DNA from: Octopus vulgaris
Taxonomy: Eukaryota
NCBI GenBank assembly: GCA_951406725.2
Contig: OX597815.1
Coordinates: forward strand, 209,498,001-209,562,000
DNA: 64,000 nt
Reading direction: 5' to 3'
The notes under the pieces were generated by a model. It was not told the DNA's origin, searched no databases, and saw only the letters and a list, made by a program, of their open reading frames with translations. The position numbers and the translations under genes were made by a program. Positions within the stretch are counted from its first letter, which is position 1; each line of letters starts with the position of its first letter. Below are positions 42,080 through 55,119 of this stretch, piece by piece.

Positions 42080-42311
42080 AGGTGGCGAGCCGGCAGAAAC
42101 GTTAGCGCGCCGGGCGAAATGCTTAGCGGTATTTCGTCTGTCGTTACGTTCTGAGTTCAAATTCCGCCGAGGTCGACTTTGCCTTTCATCCTTTCGGGGT
42201 CAATAAATAAAGTACCAGTTACGCACTGGGGTCGATGTAATCGACTTAATCCCTTTGTCTGTCTTTGTTTGTCCCCTCTATATTTAGCCCCTTGTGGGCA
42301 ATAAAGAAATA
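42080..42311 (+). mobile_element. SINE family B
   Basis: Complete; flanked by TATAATATCTAT repeats. Confidence 0.88.
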
Positions 42312-42439
42312 TATAATATCTATTTATCTATCTGTCTGCCTGTCGGTCTGTTTGTCTATCTTCTTTCCGTATAATAGCAATTTTCTGTCTCAACTCCTCC
42401 ACGTTATTTAAAGTCTCATGTGCGAGTAGGGGACGTACA

Positions 42440-42810
42440 TCTCATCAGATGTTGAAATCCACAGTGGAGACTTTGAAACAACTTCAAAATGGTTGCCGTT
42501 ACACGGTTGTAATACTATCAAAACGACATACTGATAATTCCCATTACGTAAAAAAAGACGGTGACTCACTGTTTGCGGCATCCATGGAGAGCGCCGACGA
42601 AACTGAGGTCGCTGTCCTCGTTGGCTTATTCATCCTGGAGACTGATGAGATGCGCACTCCACTCATGTTTCGACGGGGCATAGGTATGGTCACGAATCAT
42701 CACATCATGGATAAGTTTAGGAGGATTCTGATCAAAATCGTCTAAGAATTCGGCTTAACTATAACAATTACCACCAACTTGATAAAAGTTGACTTCCTGG
42801 ACGTGCAATT
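42440..42810 (+). mobile_element. Penelope-like element RT fragment
   Basis: LFAASMESADETEVAVLVGLFIL (cf. FDVTMGSYDGAEVCELVGL) and EFGLTITITTNLIKVDFLDV. Confidence 0.75.
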
Positions 42811-42829
42811 ACTACTACTACTACTACTA

Positions 42830-43219
42830 CTGGATGGAAGCACTCCGTCGGTTACGACGACGAGGGTTCCGGTTGATCCGAATCAACGGAACAGCCTGCT
42901 CGTGAAATTAACGTGTAAGTGGCTGAGCACTCCACAGACACGTGCACCCATAACGTAGTTCTCGGGGATATTCAGCGTGACACAGAGAGTGACAAGGCCG
43001 GCCCTTTGAAATACAGGTACAACAGAAACAGGAAGTAAGAGTGAGAGAAAGTTGTGGTGAAAGAGTACAGCAGGGATCACCACCATCCCCTGCCGGAGCC
43101 TCGTGGAGCTTTAGGTGTTTTCGCTCAATAAACACTCACAACGCCTGGTCTGGGAATCGAAACCGCGATCCTACGACCGCGAGTCCGCTGCCCTAACCAC
43201 TGGGCCATTGCGCCTCCAC
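42830..43219 (-). mobile_element. SINE family C-related copy within an (ACT)n tract
   Basis: Minus head TGGCCCAGTGGTTAGG / GGTTTCGATTCCC; (ACT)n on both sides. Confidence 0.8.
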
Positions 43220-43840
43220 ACTACTACTACTACTATTACTACTACTACTGCTACTGCTGCTGCTGCTGCTGCTGCTGCGGCGGCTGCTGAGATCCCAATA
43301 TGAAGACTTTTTATATTCATTGACATTCTAGCTATTTCCACCTGTAATTAGAAATCTAGTCACAGGCACCAGTAGATCAAGATATGAATTTCCAACTTCA
43401 AAAGGAGTACCTTTGGCAGCGCCCCTCCTTACTCATCTGGAAGTCGTAATTACTAATTCTGCCTCCATGAGGAACTGCATGTACTCCATCAACTCGCAGT
43501 ATACAGCACTAGGAATAATGAACAAAATATTTTGTTGTTGCCTCTGAACTCTGATAACTCAATTTTAGCTGCATTATCCTTGATGTCCCTTTCACACAAA
43601 TGATTGGTATATAATCATTGGTATTCGTATATACTACAGCCTACTCGCATTGGTCACGTGCCCTCAATTGTTCAGGGAAAGAGGTAAATCGATTACGTGA
43701 CCACAGTGCTCAACGTACATACGTACGTACGTATGTGCACGCGCGCATGTGTGTGTGTGTGTGTGTCCGTGTGTATGTGTAGACAACTTCAGTTTAATAT
43801 TTTTTCAACTCATCTTTATTTTTCAGAAAAAGAAATTTAA

Positions 43841-44256
43841 GGGAGTGGCTGTGTGGTAAGTAGCTTGCTAACCAACCACATGGTTCCGGGTTCAGTCCCA
43901 CTGTGTGGCACCTTGGGCAAGTATCTTCTGCTATAACCTCAGGCAAAACCAAAGCCTTGTGAGTAGATTTGGTAGACCGAAACTGAAAGAAGCCCGTCAT
44001 ATATATGTATATGTGTATATATATGTATGTGTGTGTGTGTATATGTTTGTGTGTCTGTGTTTGTCCTCCCAATATCGCTTAACAACCGATGCTGGTGTGT
44101 TTACGTCCACGTAACTTAGCGGTTCTGCAAAATAGACCGATAGAATAAGTACTAGGCTTACAAAGAATAAGTCCTTGGGTCGATTTGCTCGACTAAAGGC
44201 GGTACTCCAGCATGGCCGCAGTCAAATGACCGAAACAAGTAAAAGAGTAAAAGAGA
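43841..44256 (+). mobile_element. SINE family A
   Basis: Matches family. Confidence 0.86.
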
Positions 44257-44599
44257 AGGAAACTTATACTTTCTTGATTTTACACAAACTTTTCTTTTCT
44301 TTATTAGCCTCAAGGGCCCAGAATAGAGGGGGACAAACAAGGACGGACAGGACTCCACAGAGGGGACAATACATAAAACGAATATGAATGAGATGATTAT
44401 ATAACAATGGCTGCATGCGCCCCTCATCACATGCAGAACCATTAATCCTTTTTTTCAGTCCATTTTTATAATGTATTTACATAACAATTAATTATCGTGT
44501 TACATACCATTGCAAGGATTTGAACCGTTATATATATCCTCTACAATTGTTCTTCTATTTTTCAATATTTAAAAAAAAAAACATAACATAAAACACCTG

Positions 44600-45260
44600 G
44601 CTCTTTCTTTTTTTCCTTTTTCTTTCTTTCCTTTTTCTTTTTTCTTTTCTTTTTTTTCCTGTCAATTTAACATAATTATTTTCTTTTTAGTAGTACTTCA
44701 TGAATGGTTCAATTTCTATTAAATCCACTTCTGGTGGCAATTCTTTGAATCCCACCCTTACTCCTGGTGGGTCAATACCATCTCCACACATTTCTTCCAG
44801 TTTCTTGTAGTTTTCCTTTTCGATCACTATCGCCTTCATATCCTCTGCATATATCTATGATGGTACTTTCACTCTTACTATTTGATTAAACTTGACTATC
44901 TTCTTCTCTATTTCTACATTCTTTGGGTAGGTCACGTAATACCATACTCCATCTCCTCCTTGTATTTTCTTTATTTTGAACTCTTTCTTCTCTCTTTTCC
45001 TCCTCCTCCACTCTAAACAGTCTCTCCATCTCCTCTTCGGCCAGTTGAATTTCCGAATCCTTTCCCACCGGAACAACTGGTATTTTTACCTGTAACTCAT
45101 TTTACACAAACCTTTGACAGCGTCCGTACGATCAAGAAGCTATCTTACTCAAGTAGGGTCCATTTCTCGGTTTGTCTTCGTTTGGTAAGGTCTTGTTCCC
45201 TAAAAACAGCCATGAATGCGTTAAACGTCAAGCTAACACGTGAGCCTCTGCATGACTGCG
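44600..45260 (-). mobile_element. Probable degenerate retroelement ORF1-like remnant
   Basis: Broken basic frame ..GVWYYVTYP..GVRVGFKELPPEVDL followed by A-rich tail on the minus strand. Confidence 0.35.
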
Positions 45261-45805
45261 TAAGCTATTAGATTTAGCAATCATCTTAAAAATGAAAAGG
45301 TACATTAACCAATGTTGCTCTTGATATATGAATGACCAATCGGTGAAAGCATTGCTCATAGGTCTGCTCTTTCAACAAAAGATTGGTTCACAAAAACAAC
45401 AACTTGGCTAATGTTATTAGTAAAAGAATAACTACATTGAATACATACATGCATAAACACACACAGACACACAGACACACACACACTAACATGCACACCT
45501 ACATACTTAACCTTCCCCAACTGTATCTCATGCCAATTATTTCTGAATGAAAAAACACCGAACGATATAATAATTATAATGAGCACAACACATAAACTTA
45601 TTGCGCAACCGGATGAAATATTCCTCCTGGCACTCATTAAAAATTATTTCATAGTCACAGCTGATAATACAAGACTAGATATCGATATATTTCATGCAGG
45701 AATGCACAGTGTCAGTAAACCGGTGATACTTCAATTCATACATATGCATGCATATATATATATATGTATATGTTTTCGATTGTGTGTGTGTGTATATGTA
45801 TTTAT

Positions 45806-45855
<50 letters not shown>

Positions 45856-45939
45856 GTATATATATATATATCAACAAGTACAGAAGTAGTTCCAATCTCA
45901 TAACTATACAGTTTTGTTGTTGGAGTATGTTATATATAT

Positions 45940-47151
45940 AACTTAGATAACTTAGATATGTTTCGACCAAAGATTGGTCCAGGCCATGTCTAACTTAATA
46001 GCACCACCTGATAGGATTGTTCGAATCCTGTTTAAGTCAAGTTTTGTTCAAGTAGTGAGTTCTTGTTGGGTGAGTTGTATCAAGTTTTGTTCAAGTAGTG
46101 AGTTCTTGTTGGGTGAGTTGTATCCAATTATGGGTGGTTTATCTGGTATTCTTTGAAGGAATCTATCCAGACTCCGTTTAAAGTTGATGGGATCCTTTTC
46201 CTCTTTGATCTCCCTCGGGACAATGTTAAATAGGGCAGGGCCTGTTGAGGAAAAGAAATTATGTTGCAGTGTTCATGTATGTTGTAGACTGGAGTTGAGT
46301 TCGGTCTGCTTCTTGATTGACGATTTGCTGGAGCTTAGTGTCATCAGCAAATATTTTCACTTTGCAGTAATGTACGACACTGGAAAGGTCGTTTATGTAA
46401 ATTATGAAGAGTAGCGGACCCAAAACAGACCCCTGGGGAACACCGCTGGTGACTTTTGCTGGGCTTGAGTGGACTTCATCAACTACAACATGTTGTGTTC
46501 TATTCGCCAGGAAATACTTAATCCAGTGTAGAACGTTTCCACGGATTCCAACATTTGCCAATTTTGAGAGTAGGATATTATGGTCTACCCTGTCAAACGC
46601 TTTACTGAAGTCAAGATATATGACGTCAGAGTTCGAACCTGTTCCCAAGGCTTTGAGTACATCTTCAATGTGGTGTAAGAGCTGTGTTAGACAGTCCCTG
46701 CCACAGCGAAAGCCATGCTGATTTGCATTTAGGAGTTTGTGGGTCTCCAGGAAGTCAGCTATCCTTGATCTTAACACTCTTTCAAACATTTTAATGATGT
46801 GGGAGGTGAGTGAGATTGGGCGATAGTTGACTGCGAGGGATCTGTTTCCCTGTTTGAAAACCGGGATGACCGACAGGGATAGAAGCTGTTTCGGTATATA
46901 ACCTGCGTCTAACGAATTTCTCCAGAGGTTGGTCAGAGGGACTGCAAGTTGGTGTCTACATTTCTTCAGGAGACTAGCGGGGAATCTATCAGGGCCTACA
47001 GCAGAGTAGTATTTGACCTCATTTATTGCTGCTACGATGTCAGTGGCAGTGAAGGTTATGTCTGAGATTTTATGTCAGCTTCGTTCGTTTCTCTTACGTC
47101 AATATCAGTGGGAACACTAAAGACAGAGCAGTATTGTTTCCGCAGTATTTC
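45940..47151 (-). mobile_element. CR1-type LINE fragment with internal deletion
   Basis: NQHGFR, YLDFSKAFDRVDH, SGVPQGSVLGPLLF, IFADDTK, joined directly to C-terminal GPALFNIVP..FKRSLDRFL and an (ATCTAAGTT) tail. Confidence 0.92.
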
Positions 47152-47921
47152 TAACATACTCCAACAACAAAACTGTATAGTTATGAGATTGGAGCTACTT
47201 CTGTACTTGTTATTCCAGCGCTTTATTTTATTGGTGTATTATAAAGTAACTAGGCCACCACAATAATGTTCAGAAAGTTTCAATTCAACGATATATCAAT
47301 ATCTATAAATCTAAAAATGCGAAAAGTTTGTTTGTCTGGTTTTGGCATTGGAACGGGTTAAAGGGCACTAGATGCCGTCGGATTGACTCCAAAATTTACA
47401 GGGACATGTAAAATGAGGCGAGGATGCGAGTGGGCTAGGGTAGAAATCCCTATCTTAAAAGGTGTGGTTACTAGGGCAAAAAACGCACACTTTGACACGT
47501 CTCCTCTCATTCTCTTATCTGCAGTCTTCCTCCGTCTCTCTCTCTGTTTCCTCCCTTCCCATCACTTTCTCTCTATAACAACGTTTGACAGATACTACTA
47601 TCTTTCCCCCGCTGCCTTCGCCAGTGCTGTCCCTCTTTCCCCCACCGCCTCCCCCTCTCTCTCTGTATGTCTGTCTGCATTCATAGAGTTTTATTATCGC
47701 CACCGCCACCACACAATCATGAGAACAAATATTATGAATCAGATATTTATTGGGTTAATTTATATGTGTGTGTGTGTGTGTTCTATATATAAATATGTAT
47801 ATATAATGTATATATACAAAGTGTATATATCTGTATTTATATATATATATATAAATATATATAATTTGCATACATTTGTATATATAATGCGTACACACAC
47901 ACACACACATATATATAATGC

Positions 47922-47956
<35 letters not shown>

Positions 47957-48271
47957 GTGTGCATTATGTGGTCGGTTGAGCTGAAAATATGCACACCTAT
48001 GTTAAAAGTGCTGGCGAGCTTGCATGGCAACTATTTTTTTCTTCAAATGAAAGGCGTGACCTCCAAGACAAAATTCCTCATCTTATAAAATGTGGACCGA
48101 GTAGACCTGAATGAAATTGGGTTATATTCACTAAGAGAAACTGGTAGCAATAATTTTTGATTATTTTGCTTCATTCTAGCTTTTGCACTTTTACAAGCAT
48201 AGCAATAACAGAAACATTTCGTCGTCATCTTTTTTTAACAGAAGAGATTCTTATATATAAAAAAATAATTA

Positions 48272-48693
48272 GGACCTTTTCGGTTTGAACGGTAGTTTCT
48301 TAAAATAATTTGCACGTAACTAAACACTTTTAAACTTCGTATACTGGTAGAATGTGTTTATAAAACATCTTTTTCTCTTGGCTTTATTGAGAAAATTCTA
48401 TAGGTTGTAAGATATTTTTCTTAAATTTCTGCAATTTCAACCAATCAGTGACGTCTATTGAGGTAAAAACATTCTGTACCGTATGAATATGTCCCTCGTT
48501 TAAGAAACTGATTGGGTCTATTTACATTTGTGAAGAAAAAAAGGTACCCTTCCCCCACCCCTAACCCTAACCGTAACTAACTCTGACCCTAAAACAGATT
48601 GAAATGCAATAGATCGATACTAGGGTCATAATTATGGGTGACAATTTCATATGACACCGCTAGAAAAAACTGCCGTTCAAACCGAAAAGATCC
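48272..48693. mobile_element. 422-bp Merlin-like MITE
   Basis: TIRs GGACCTTTTCGGTTTGAACGG / CCGTTCAAACCGAAAAGATCC, 8-bp TSD AATAATTA. Confidence 0.85.
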
Positions 48694-48779
48694 AATAATT
48701 ATTAGAGGCACCCATAGTAAATGATTCTCGTCTGCCAGCGATATAAATATGTTTGTTTTTAAACACCATGCGTCCATAT

Positions 48780-49730
48780 GAAACATCTTCTCAAAGTAAA
48801 TCATGCAGTATTCGACGCTCTTGTAATACATCCACGTAAAGTTGTTTATAAAGATGTTTATATTATTTCCTGATACAATCTGTTTCAATACAAAATCGGA
48901 TCTACTTTGTAACTGCTTCCATGAGGCAAAACTTTTATCCCGATATTGAGAATTAATTGAGCGTCGCAATAATTTAAGATAGTCAAAAAACTTACGATGA
49001 TAACTCCATTATTACTTTCCCAGTGAAGTATCCTCGCCGCAGTTGTTGAGGATAAAGATTAGTATTCCCAGCATGACCACGAGGGACAATCTCAAAGTGC
49101 AACACTCCCTCAAAATTCCATAAGACACAAAACATAACCTTGTGTTTAAAGCACCCTTGTTTGATAACAGTTTCTGAAACCTGGCAGGAACAGAGCTACT
49201 GATTCCTCTTATTAGAATGCGGAAATGGATTCATTTTTCATTCCCAATTGCAATTCGACGTCAAAAACGGGCATCTCGAAGATCTGTCAACAATTGTTTT
49301 TAAGTGCGCGCTCACATGTCGTTTGAGCTTGGTCATTGGTCAGCTCATGAAGAACTTCTCGACAGTGTCTCTTCACAAGGCTGACCTTACGGAGGTGTCA
49401 ATTTATGGTCCTTTGTCAAGGATCAAGTTCTGCCAACAACGTACGAGAGTTTGTGCTTGGCTGTTTAAGCGTTTCAAGCAAGGCCTCATCTCTCGCAAAA
49501 GAAGGTCTCCCTGACCTTGGTTTGCTTTTGAAGCTGGCTTCATCTTCCTTGAAACTTCTGAACCAGTTTGTACATCACGTTCATTGAAATTTTCTGAGTA
49601 TTCCATATTAATTACTTTTGACGCTAACCTTGTACCCGGTTCATTTTTTCACAGGTAGATTTAAGTGACTCCAATTGCAATATTTTCACCCTTCATTATC
49701 AAAGCTGTAAGATAAAAAATAAACAATTTT
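48780..49730 (-). mobile_element. Highly degenerate mariner transposase remnant
   Basis: WFRSFKE..KPRSGRPS, VLHELT, KVMFCVLWNFEGVLHFE, KSVEYCMIYFE. Confidence 0.8.
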
Positions 49731-49738
49731 AGTTTATA

Positions 49739-50113
49739 TCTTTATATACAAAAGTGAGGTTGTGTGCTGTTTGTCTCCTACGATTTAGATTCCTAACTAC
49801 TCCCACATTTTGCGGTGCAGTTTAACCAAAACCGGGTATCTTATAGTCGTGATTCATATCGAGCCCTTCTGGGTATTAGCGCGCGTCTACGATGAGTCTA
49901 CGATAAAAAAAAAATTACCATCAATTTTTCCCATTTTTAATGCATTTGTAACTCTCTAAAAATTTATTATTAAATCTCAGAACGTAAAAAGCTACAGTAA
50001 CACTCCACTTTGTGGTTAGCCATATTGAGATGGTTATTATACTTTACATCTCTAAAAATGCTTATATAGTTATTTCCCTTACAAACCCGAGCAACGCCGG
50101 GCGATACTGCTGG
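49739..50113 (+). mobile_element. Non-autonomous Helitron (13656 family)
   Basis: A|TC...CTGG|T, same hairpin and body. Confidence 0.85.
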
Positions 50114-50129
50114 TGTTATATACAGAAAT

Positions 50130-51335
50130 AAAGGATAAACAATTTAAGAACAATTCGACATCAAGTTGCATCAATTTAAAGATATAACATCGAGATACAA
50201 ATTGCCAAAAGTCATCAGTAAAATCCGAGAAAAACTTTTCACTCAACCTGATATATATATTATACCAACCAAGGAGATGCAAACCGCAATGATAAACACC
50301 AGTTACGACCAATTTGTAGTAGTAGAAATACTTATAATACAGGTAACACGGTAACAACGCCGGTAAATGGAGTCGGGACTGCCTTATATACTATTAAATA
50401 AATCATGCAGAGAAAAATCAAAATGTCCTTTGATGAATCTCTGTATGAGTACAAATTATGTATATAAATGTACCGTGCACACAAGGGGAGGGTCCTATGT
50501 TTAATTGGTCAGACGACTGATCTATTTAAGAATCGTAACCATGTTGCCAGTTTTAAGACAATCAATGAAAGATGCTCAACATCTTTGGTAGATTTTGTAT
50601 GGCAACTGAGGAAGGATAAAATGAAATACAGCATAACTTGGGTCCATAGTAAGGTATGCGAAGCCATACAATATAATTTCCAGGAGATGCCGCCTCTGCT
50701 CTGAGGAATCCCTGTCTATTCTATGGACTAACGAGTAAATCGTTAATAGAATTTCTGAATGTCTCTCGAGATGCCTACATGAATATAAATATACTTTCGC
50801 ACAATGCAGTGGGAATGGAGTTTGAATAACCGTTAACTTAATTTAATTTACTTTAAGGTATGGATGACTTAAGTTTACTTTTAACCTCCCCATTCTTATA
50901 AACACCAAGTAAATAGCAAACTCGCTTTGTGATCATGAGTGCACAAAACCTCAGGTGTGCGTATGCTCACATTTTTGCGAATGTTTGTATGAGCGAATGT
51001 ACTCGCGCGATGCAGCTTGTCCGAGGCCGTTTATACATCCATATTTGTAAACAGTTATTTTAATACTTTTCTCGCTGGATTGCGCGTTCGCTTATCTTTT
51101 TCTCATCTCTGATTTTATTTTTGATCTTCTCTATCAATCAAGATATTTCCACAGCCTGGCTGCTTTTCTCTCTACAAAACGGAAAGTTACATTGCAGAAC
51201 TGTTATTTTAACGAGTTGTATTTATTTATCACCTGACGAGATATATCTGCACCGCCGGATGTTCCTGAACCATTTGTTGAGTGTCCCGCCCTTGAAGAAT
51301 TGATGCAAGATGTGTCGAAACAATTGTCGTGATTA
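50130..51335 (+). mobile_element. Penelope-like element 3' remnant (GIY-YIG endonuclease and 3' region)
   Basis: LIGQTTDLFKNRNHVASFK..STSLVDFVWQL..YSITW, followed by a hammerhead motif. Confidence 0.78.
51228..51333 (+). ncRNA. Type I hammerhead ribozyme motif with extended stem II
   Basis: atcac-CTGACGA-gatatatct...agatgtgtc-GAAAC-aatt-GTC-gtgat. Confidence 0.82.
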
Positions 51336-51366
51336 ATAATGAATTCTCTTATAATAAATTCTCTTA

Positions 51367-51528
51367 GGCGCAGGAGTGGCTGTGTGGTAAGTAGCTTGCT
51401 TACCAACCACATAGTTCCGGGTTCAGTCCCACTGCGTGGCATCTTGGGCAAGTGTTTTCTGTTATAGCCTCGGGCCGATCAATGCCTTGTGAGTGGATTT
51501 GTTAGACAGAAACTGAAAGAAGCCTGTC

Positions 51529-51583
<55 letters not shown>

Positions 51584-51935
51584 TTGTCTCTAATTAATAT
51601 TATATAATATTTTACTATAAAATTGGATTCAATCCTAAATCTGATTTTCCCTGTAAATTTGGATTTATTCCCTAATATTTATTATATATATATATGTATA
51701 TATATGTATGTGTGTGTATATGTTTGTCTGTGTTTGTCCACCTAGCATTACTTGACAACCGATGCTGGTGTGTTTACTACGTCCCCGTAACTTAGCGGTT
51801 CGGCAAAAGAGACCGATATAATAAGTACTGGGCTTACAAAGAATAAGTCCCGGGGTCGATTTGCTCGACTAAAGGCGGTGCTCCAGCATGGCCGCAGTCA
51901 AATGACTGAAACAAGTAAGAGTAAAAGAGTAAGAG
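51367..51935 (+). mobile_element. SINE family A with ~100-bp insertion in its (TA)n tract
   Basis: Family head and tail; foreign segment at 51581-51683. Confidence 0.85.
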
Positions 51936-52070
51936 TTATATTCCATCTTCCGTCTTTCATTCGCCATATACATAACGATCACTGTGAAAGTGACCGTGCT
52001 TATAAGTAAGCGACCAGGGGTAAACCATTCGTTTTATTATCCGTTATATACATATATATATATATATATA

Positions 52071-52564
52071 CTAGCAGTATCGCCCGGCGTTGCTCGGATT
52101 TGTAAGGGAAATAACTATATAAGCATTCTTAGAGAGTTACTTCCCTTATAGATGCCAATTCGGGCTTTCTTAGCCATTTCTGTTTTGGCGACTTCAAGCC
52201 ATGATGTCGTTGTTCTAAAAGAACGCTGGTCTCCTTGACAACGCTTTACGACGTTGATTTCCTTACACTCCCTTCCCCACAGCTTCACGAGGGAGGGAAG
52301 AAGGGGGAGAAGCAAACAGGTGCAGGTGTGACCATGGACGCCAACTCCGCCGCCATCGACACACGAAAAATTATGCATTAAAATGGAATAAAAAATTATG
52401 TTAAATTATTTTTAAAATCGTAGACTCATCGTAGACGCGCGCTAATAGTCAGACGGGCCCGATATAAATCACGACTATAAGATACCCGAATTTGGTGAAA
52501 CTGCACCGCAAAATGTGGGAGTAGTTAGGAATCTAAATCGAAGGGGACAGACACAACTACTAGA

Positions 52565-52580
<16 letters not shown>
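52071..52580 (-). mobile_element. Non-autonomous Helitron (longer variant)
   Basis: CTAG end and hairpin; near-identical to 57023-57528. Confidence 0.82.
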
Positions 52581-52610
<30 letters not shown>

Positions 52611-52916
52611 CAGCGACGGAAAATTCAAAAGCTTTCCATTTTACAAATGTTCACGGGACGAGCTGCAATACCGAAATGCAATGGAGCCACACTTCATCAA
52701 AAAAGTCTCTCTAAAATTGAATGTTTAAAGGAAAAGTGGAGAATTTGCATTTTTGATTCTAAATATAGCTCCAATATTGGAAACATAATACTCATCTGCA
52801 TAAATATTCAGGTATGTATGTATGTATGTATGTATGTATGTATGTATGTATGTATGTATGTATGTATGTATGTATGTATGTATGTATGTATCTATCTATG
52901 TATGTATGTATGTATG

Positions 52917-52991
<75 letters not shown>

Positions 52992-53000
52992 ATATATATA

Positions 53001-53404
53001 ACGGGAAGCTTTATGAAAATAAACAAAAGACGAAGGCAGGAGGAGTACAAACAAATAATTGTATTAGTATGGCGCTCAGGAATATAAATAAAACAAGTCT
53101 TTTACGTTTCGAGCCTACGCTCTTCAACAGAAAGATACACAGAACAGAAACACGGAGAGAAACAAGGAGAGAAACAAGGATATATACATATATATATATA
53201 TATATACACGCCATGATAGATCGTTAGCCACTACACACATTTTTTCTCTCCTTTTTTCTCTCCTTGTTTTCTGTGTCCCTTTCTGTAGAAGAGCGTAGGC
53301 TCGAAACGTAAAAGACTTTTTCTATTCCTGAGCGTTATACTAATACATCTGTTTGTTTTGTACACCACCTGTCTTCGTCTTTTGTTTTTTTTTTCGTAAA
53401 CTCT

Positions 53405-53407
<3 letters not shown>
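53001..53407. mobile_element. Inverted pair of PLE-type repeats, each with a variant hammerhead (53098-53135 minus, 53278-53315 plus)
   Basis: Arms are reverse-complement homologues, embedded in (TA)n. Confidence 0.8.
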
Positions 53408-53451
<44 letters not shown>

Positions 53452-53849
53452 GCATTGGAATATTCTAGGTTTATGTAAATATTGTTTGTTCATGCAAAGC
53501 ATGAAATTGAAATAAACCTGGCTATATTCTTTCAATACAAAACACCGAAGCTACATAACGTGCAAAACGTATGGGAAAACACTTACAGAACTTCTTATCT
53601 TTTTTCTGACACCTTGAGGAAAGAAAAACAAATACATTATTACTCTTGTATCTGCTCCATATTTATAACATGGTGCTCATCTCTATAACATTGGATTTTA
53701 TTTTTCTAATTTGTAAATATTGTACTAATGTTTGTTTATGTAAAAAAACATGAAATTTAAAGGAACCTGACTTTATTTTTCAATGCAAAACATCAAATTT
53801 ACACAGTGTAAACATATACATATTTCCAAACATGACTTCATAGGCTCAC

Positions 53850-53861
53850 ACACACACACAA

Positions 53862-53899
<38 letters not shown>

Positions 53900-54099
53900 A
53901 CGCACGTACACAAAGACACACATATTTAATTTTTCATAGACCCTCTTATCTTCCTTCTGGCACTTTAAGAAAACAGAAAAAAAAATCACACACACACACT
54001 TTCAGTGATGACACACACATCATCACTTTTTCCTTATTTTCACACACATTCACACACATACACACACACAAAGGTCACAATCCTTGAAGATGTTGACCT

Positions 54100-54146
<47 letters not shown>

Positions 54147-54255
54147 ACGCACGTACACAAAGACACACATATTTAATTTTTCATAGACCCTCTTATCTTC
54201 CTTCTGGCACTTTAAGAAAACAGAAAAAAAAATCAAAAATGCTTTCAGTGATGAC
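53850..54255. repeat. Local direct duplication around (CA)n tracts
   Basis: CGCACGTACACAAAGAC...AAAATCA occurs at ~53900 and ~54148. Confidence 0.8.
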
Positions 54256-54415
54256 CTCACATCATCCTTTTTTCCTTATTTTCCCCATTCTCCCATTCTC
54301 AATCTTGGAGAGGTCACCATCCTTGAAGATGTTGACCTCTCCAAGCTATACAATGGTAAATAACTAACATAATAAATGGTAAATACATAGTAAATTCAAA
54401 AGAAATCCCTCCCTC

Positions 54416-54461
<46 letters not shown>

Positions 54462-54564
54462 CCATTGTCCTGGACACCACCCCCCAAAAAAACTCAATGG
54501 TCTCTTCTTCTAAACAAAACAAGAAAACACGTGATTTATACAACCTGTTTGCACATTCACAAAT

Positions 54565-54603
54565 TTATTTGACAAGTTCGAAAACGAACGAAAGCGACGA
54601 TAA
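54565..54603 (+). ncRNA. Degenerate hammerhead-like motif with U3-A8 core
   Basis: ttat-TTGACAA-gttcg-aaaa-cgaac-GAAA-gcgacg-ataa; cleavage triplet not intact. Confidence 0.4.
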
Positions 54604-54660
54604 TAATGAATAAATAAAAATATGCTTCCAAAACTCTGGCGACCTCCTTTTTCTCAATAT

Positions 54661-54779
<119 letters not shown>

Positions 54780-54820
54780 AGACCAGAGTGTACGTACGCC
54801 GCTACACACACACACACACA

Positions 54821-55119
54821 TCTTTATATATAAAAGTGAAGTTGTGTGTCTGTCTTCTACGATTTAGATTCCTAACTACTCCCACATTTTGCGGTGCAGT
54901 TTAACCAAAAGCGGGTATCTTATAGTCATGATTCATATCGAGCCCTTCTGGGTATTAGCGCGCGTCTACGATGAGTCTACAATTTAAAAAAAAATTTACC
55001 ATAATTTTTTCCCATTTTTAATGCATATTTTTGCTATTATATAAGGGAAGTAACTCTCTAAAAATGCTTATATAGTTATTTCCCTTACAAACCCGAGCAA
55101 CGCCGGGCGATACTGCTAG
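54821..55119 (+). mobile_element. Non-autonomous Helitron (short variant)
   Basis: A|TC...CTAG|T, same hairpin. Confidence 0.87.
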
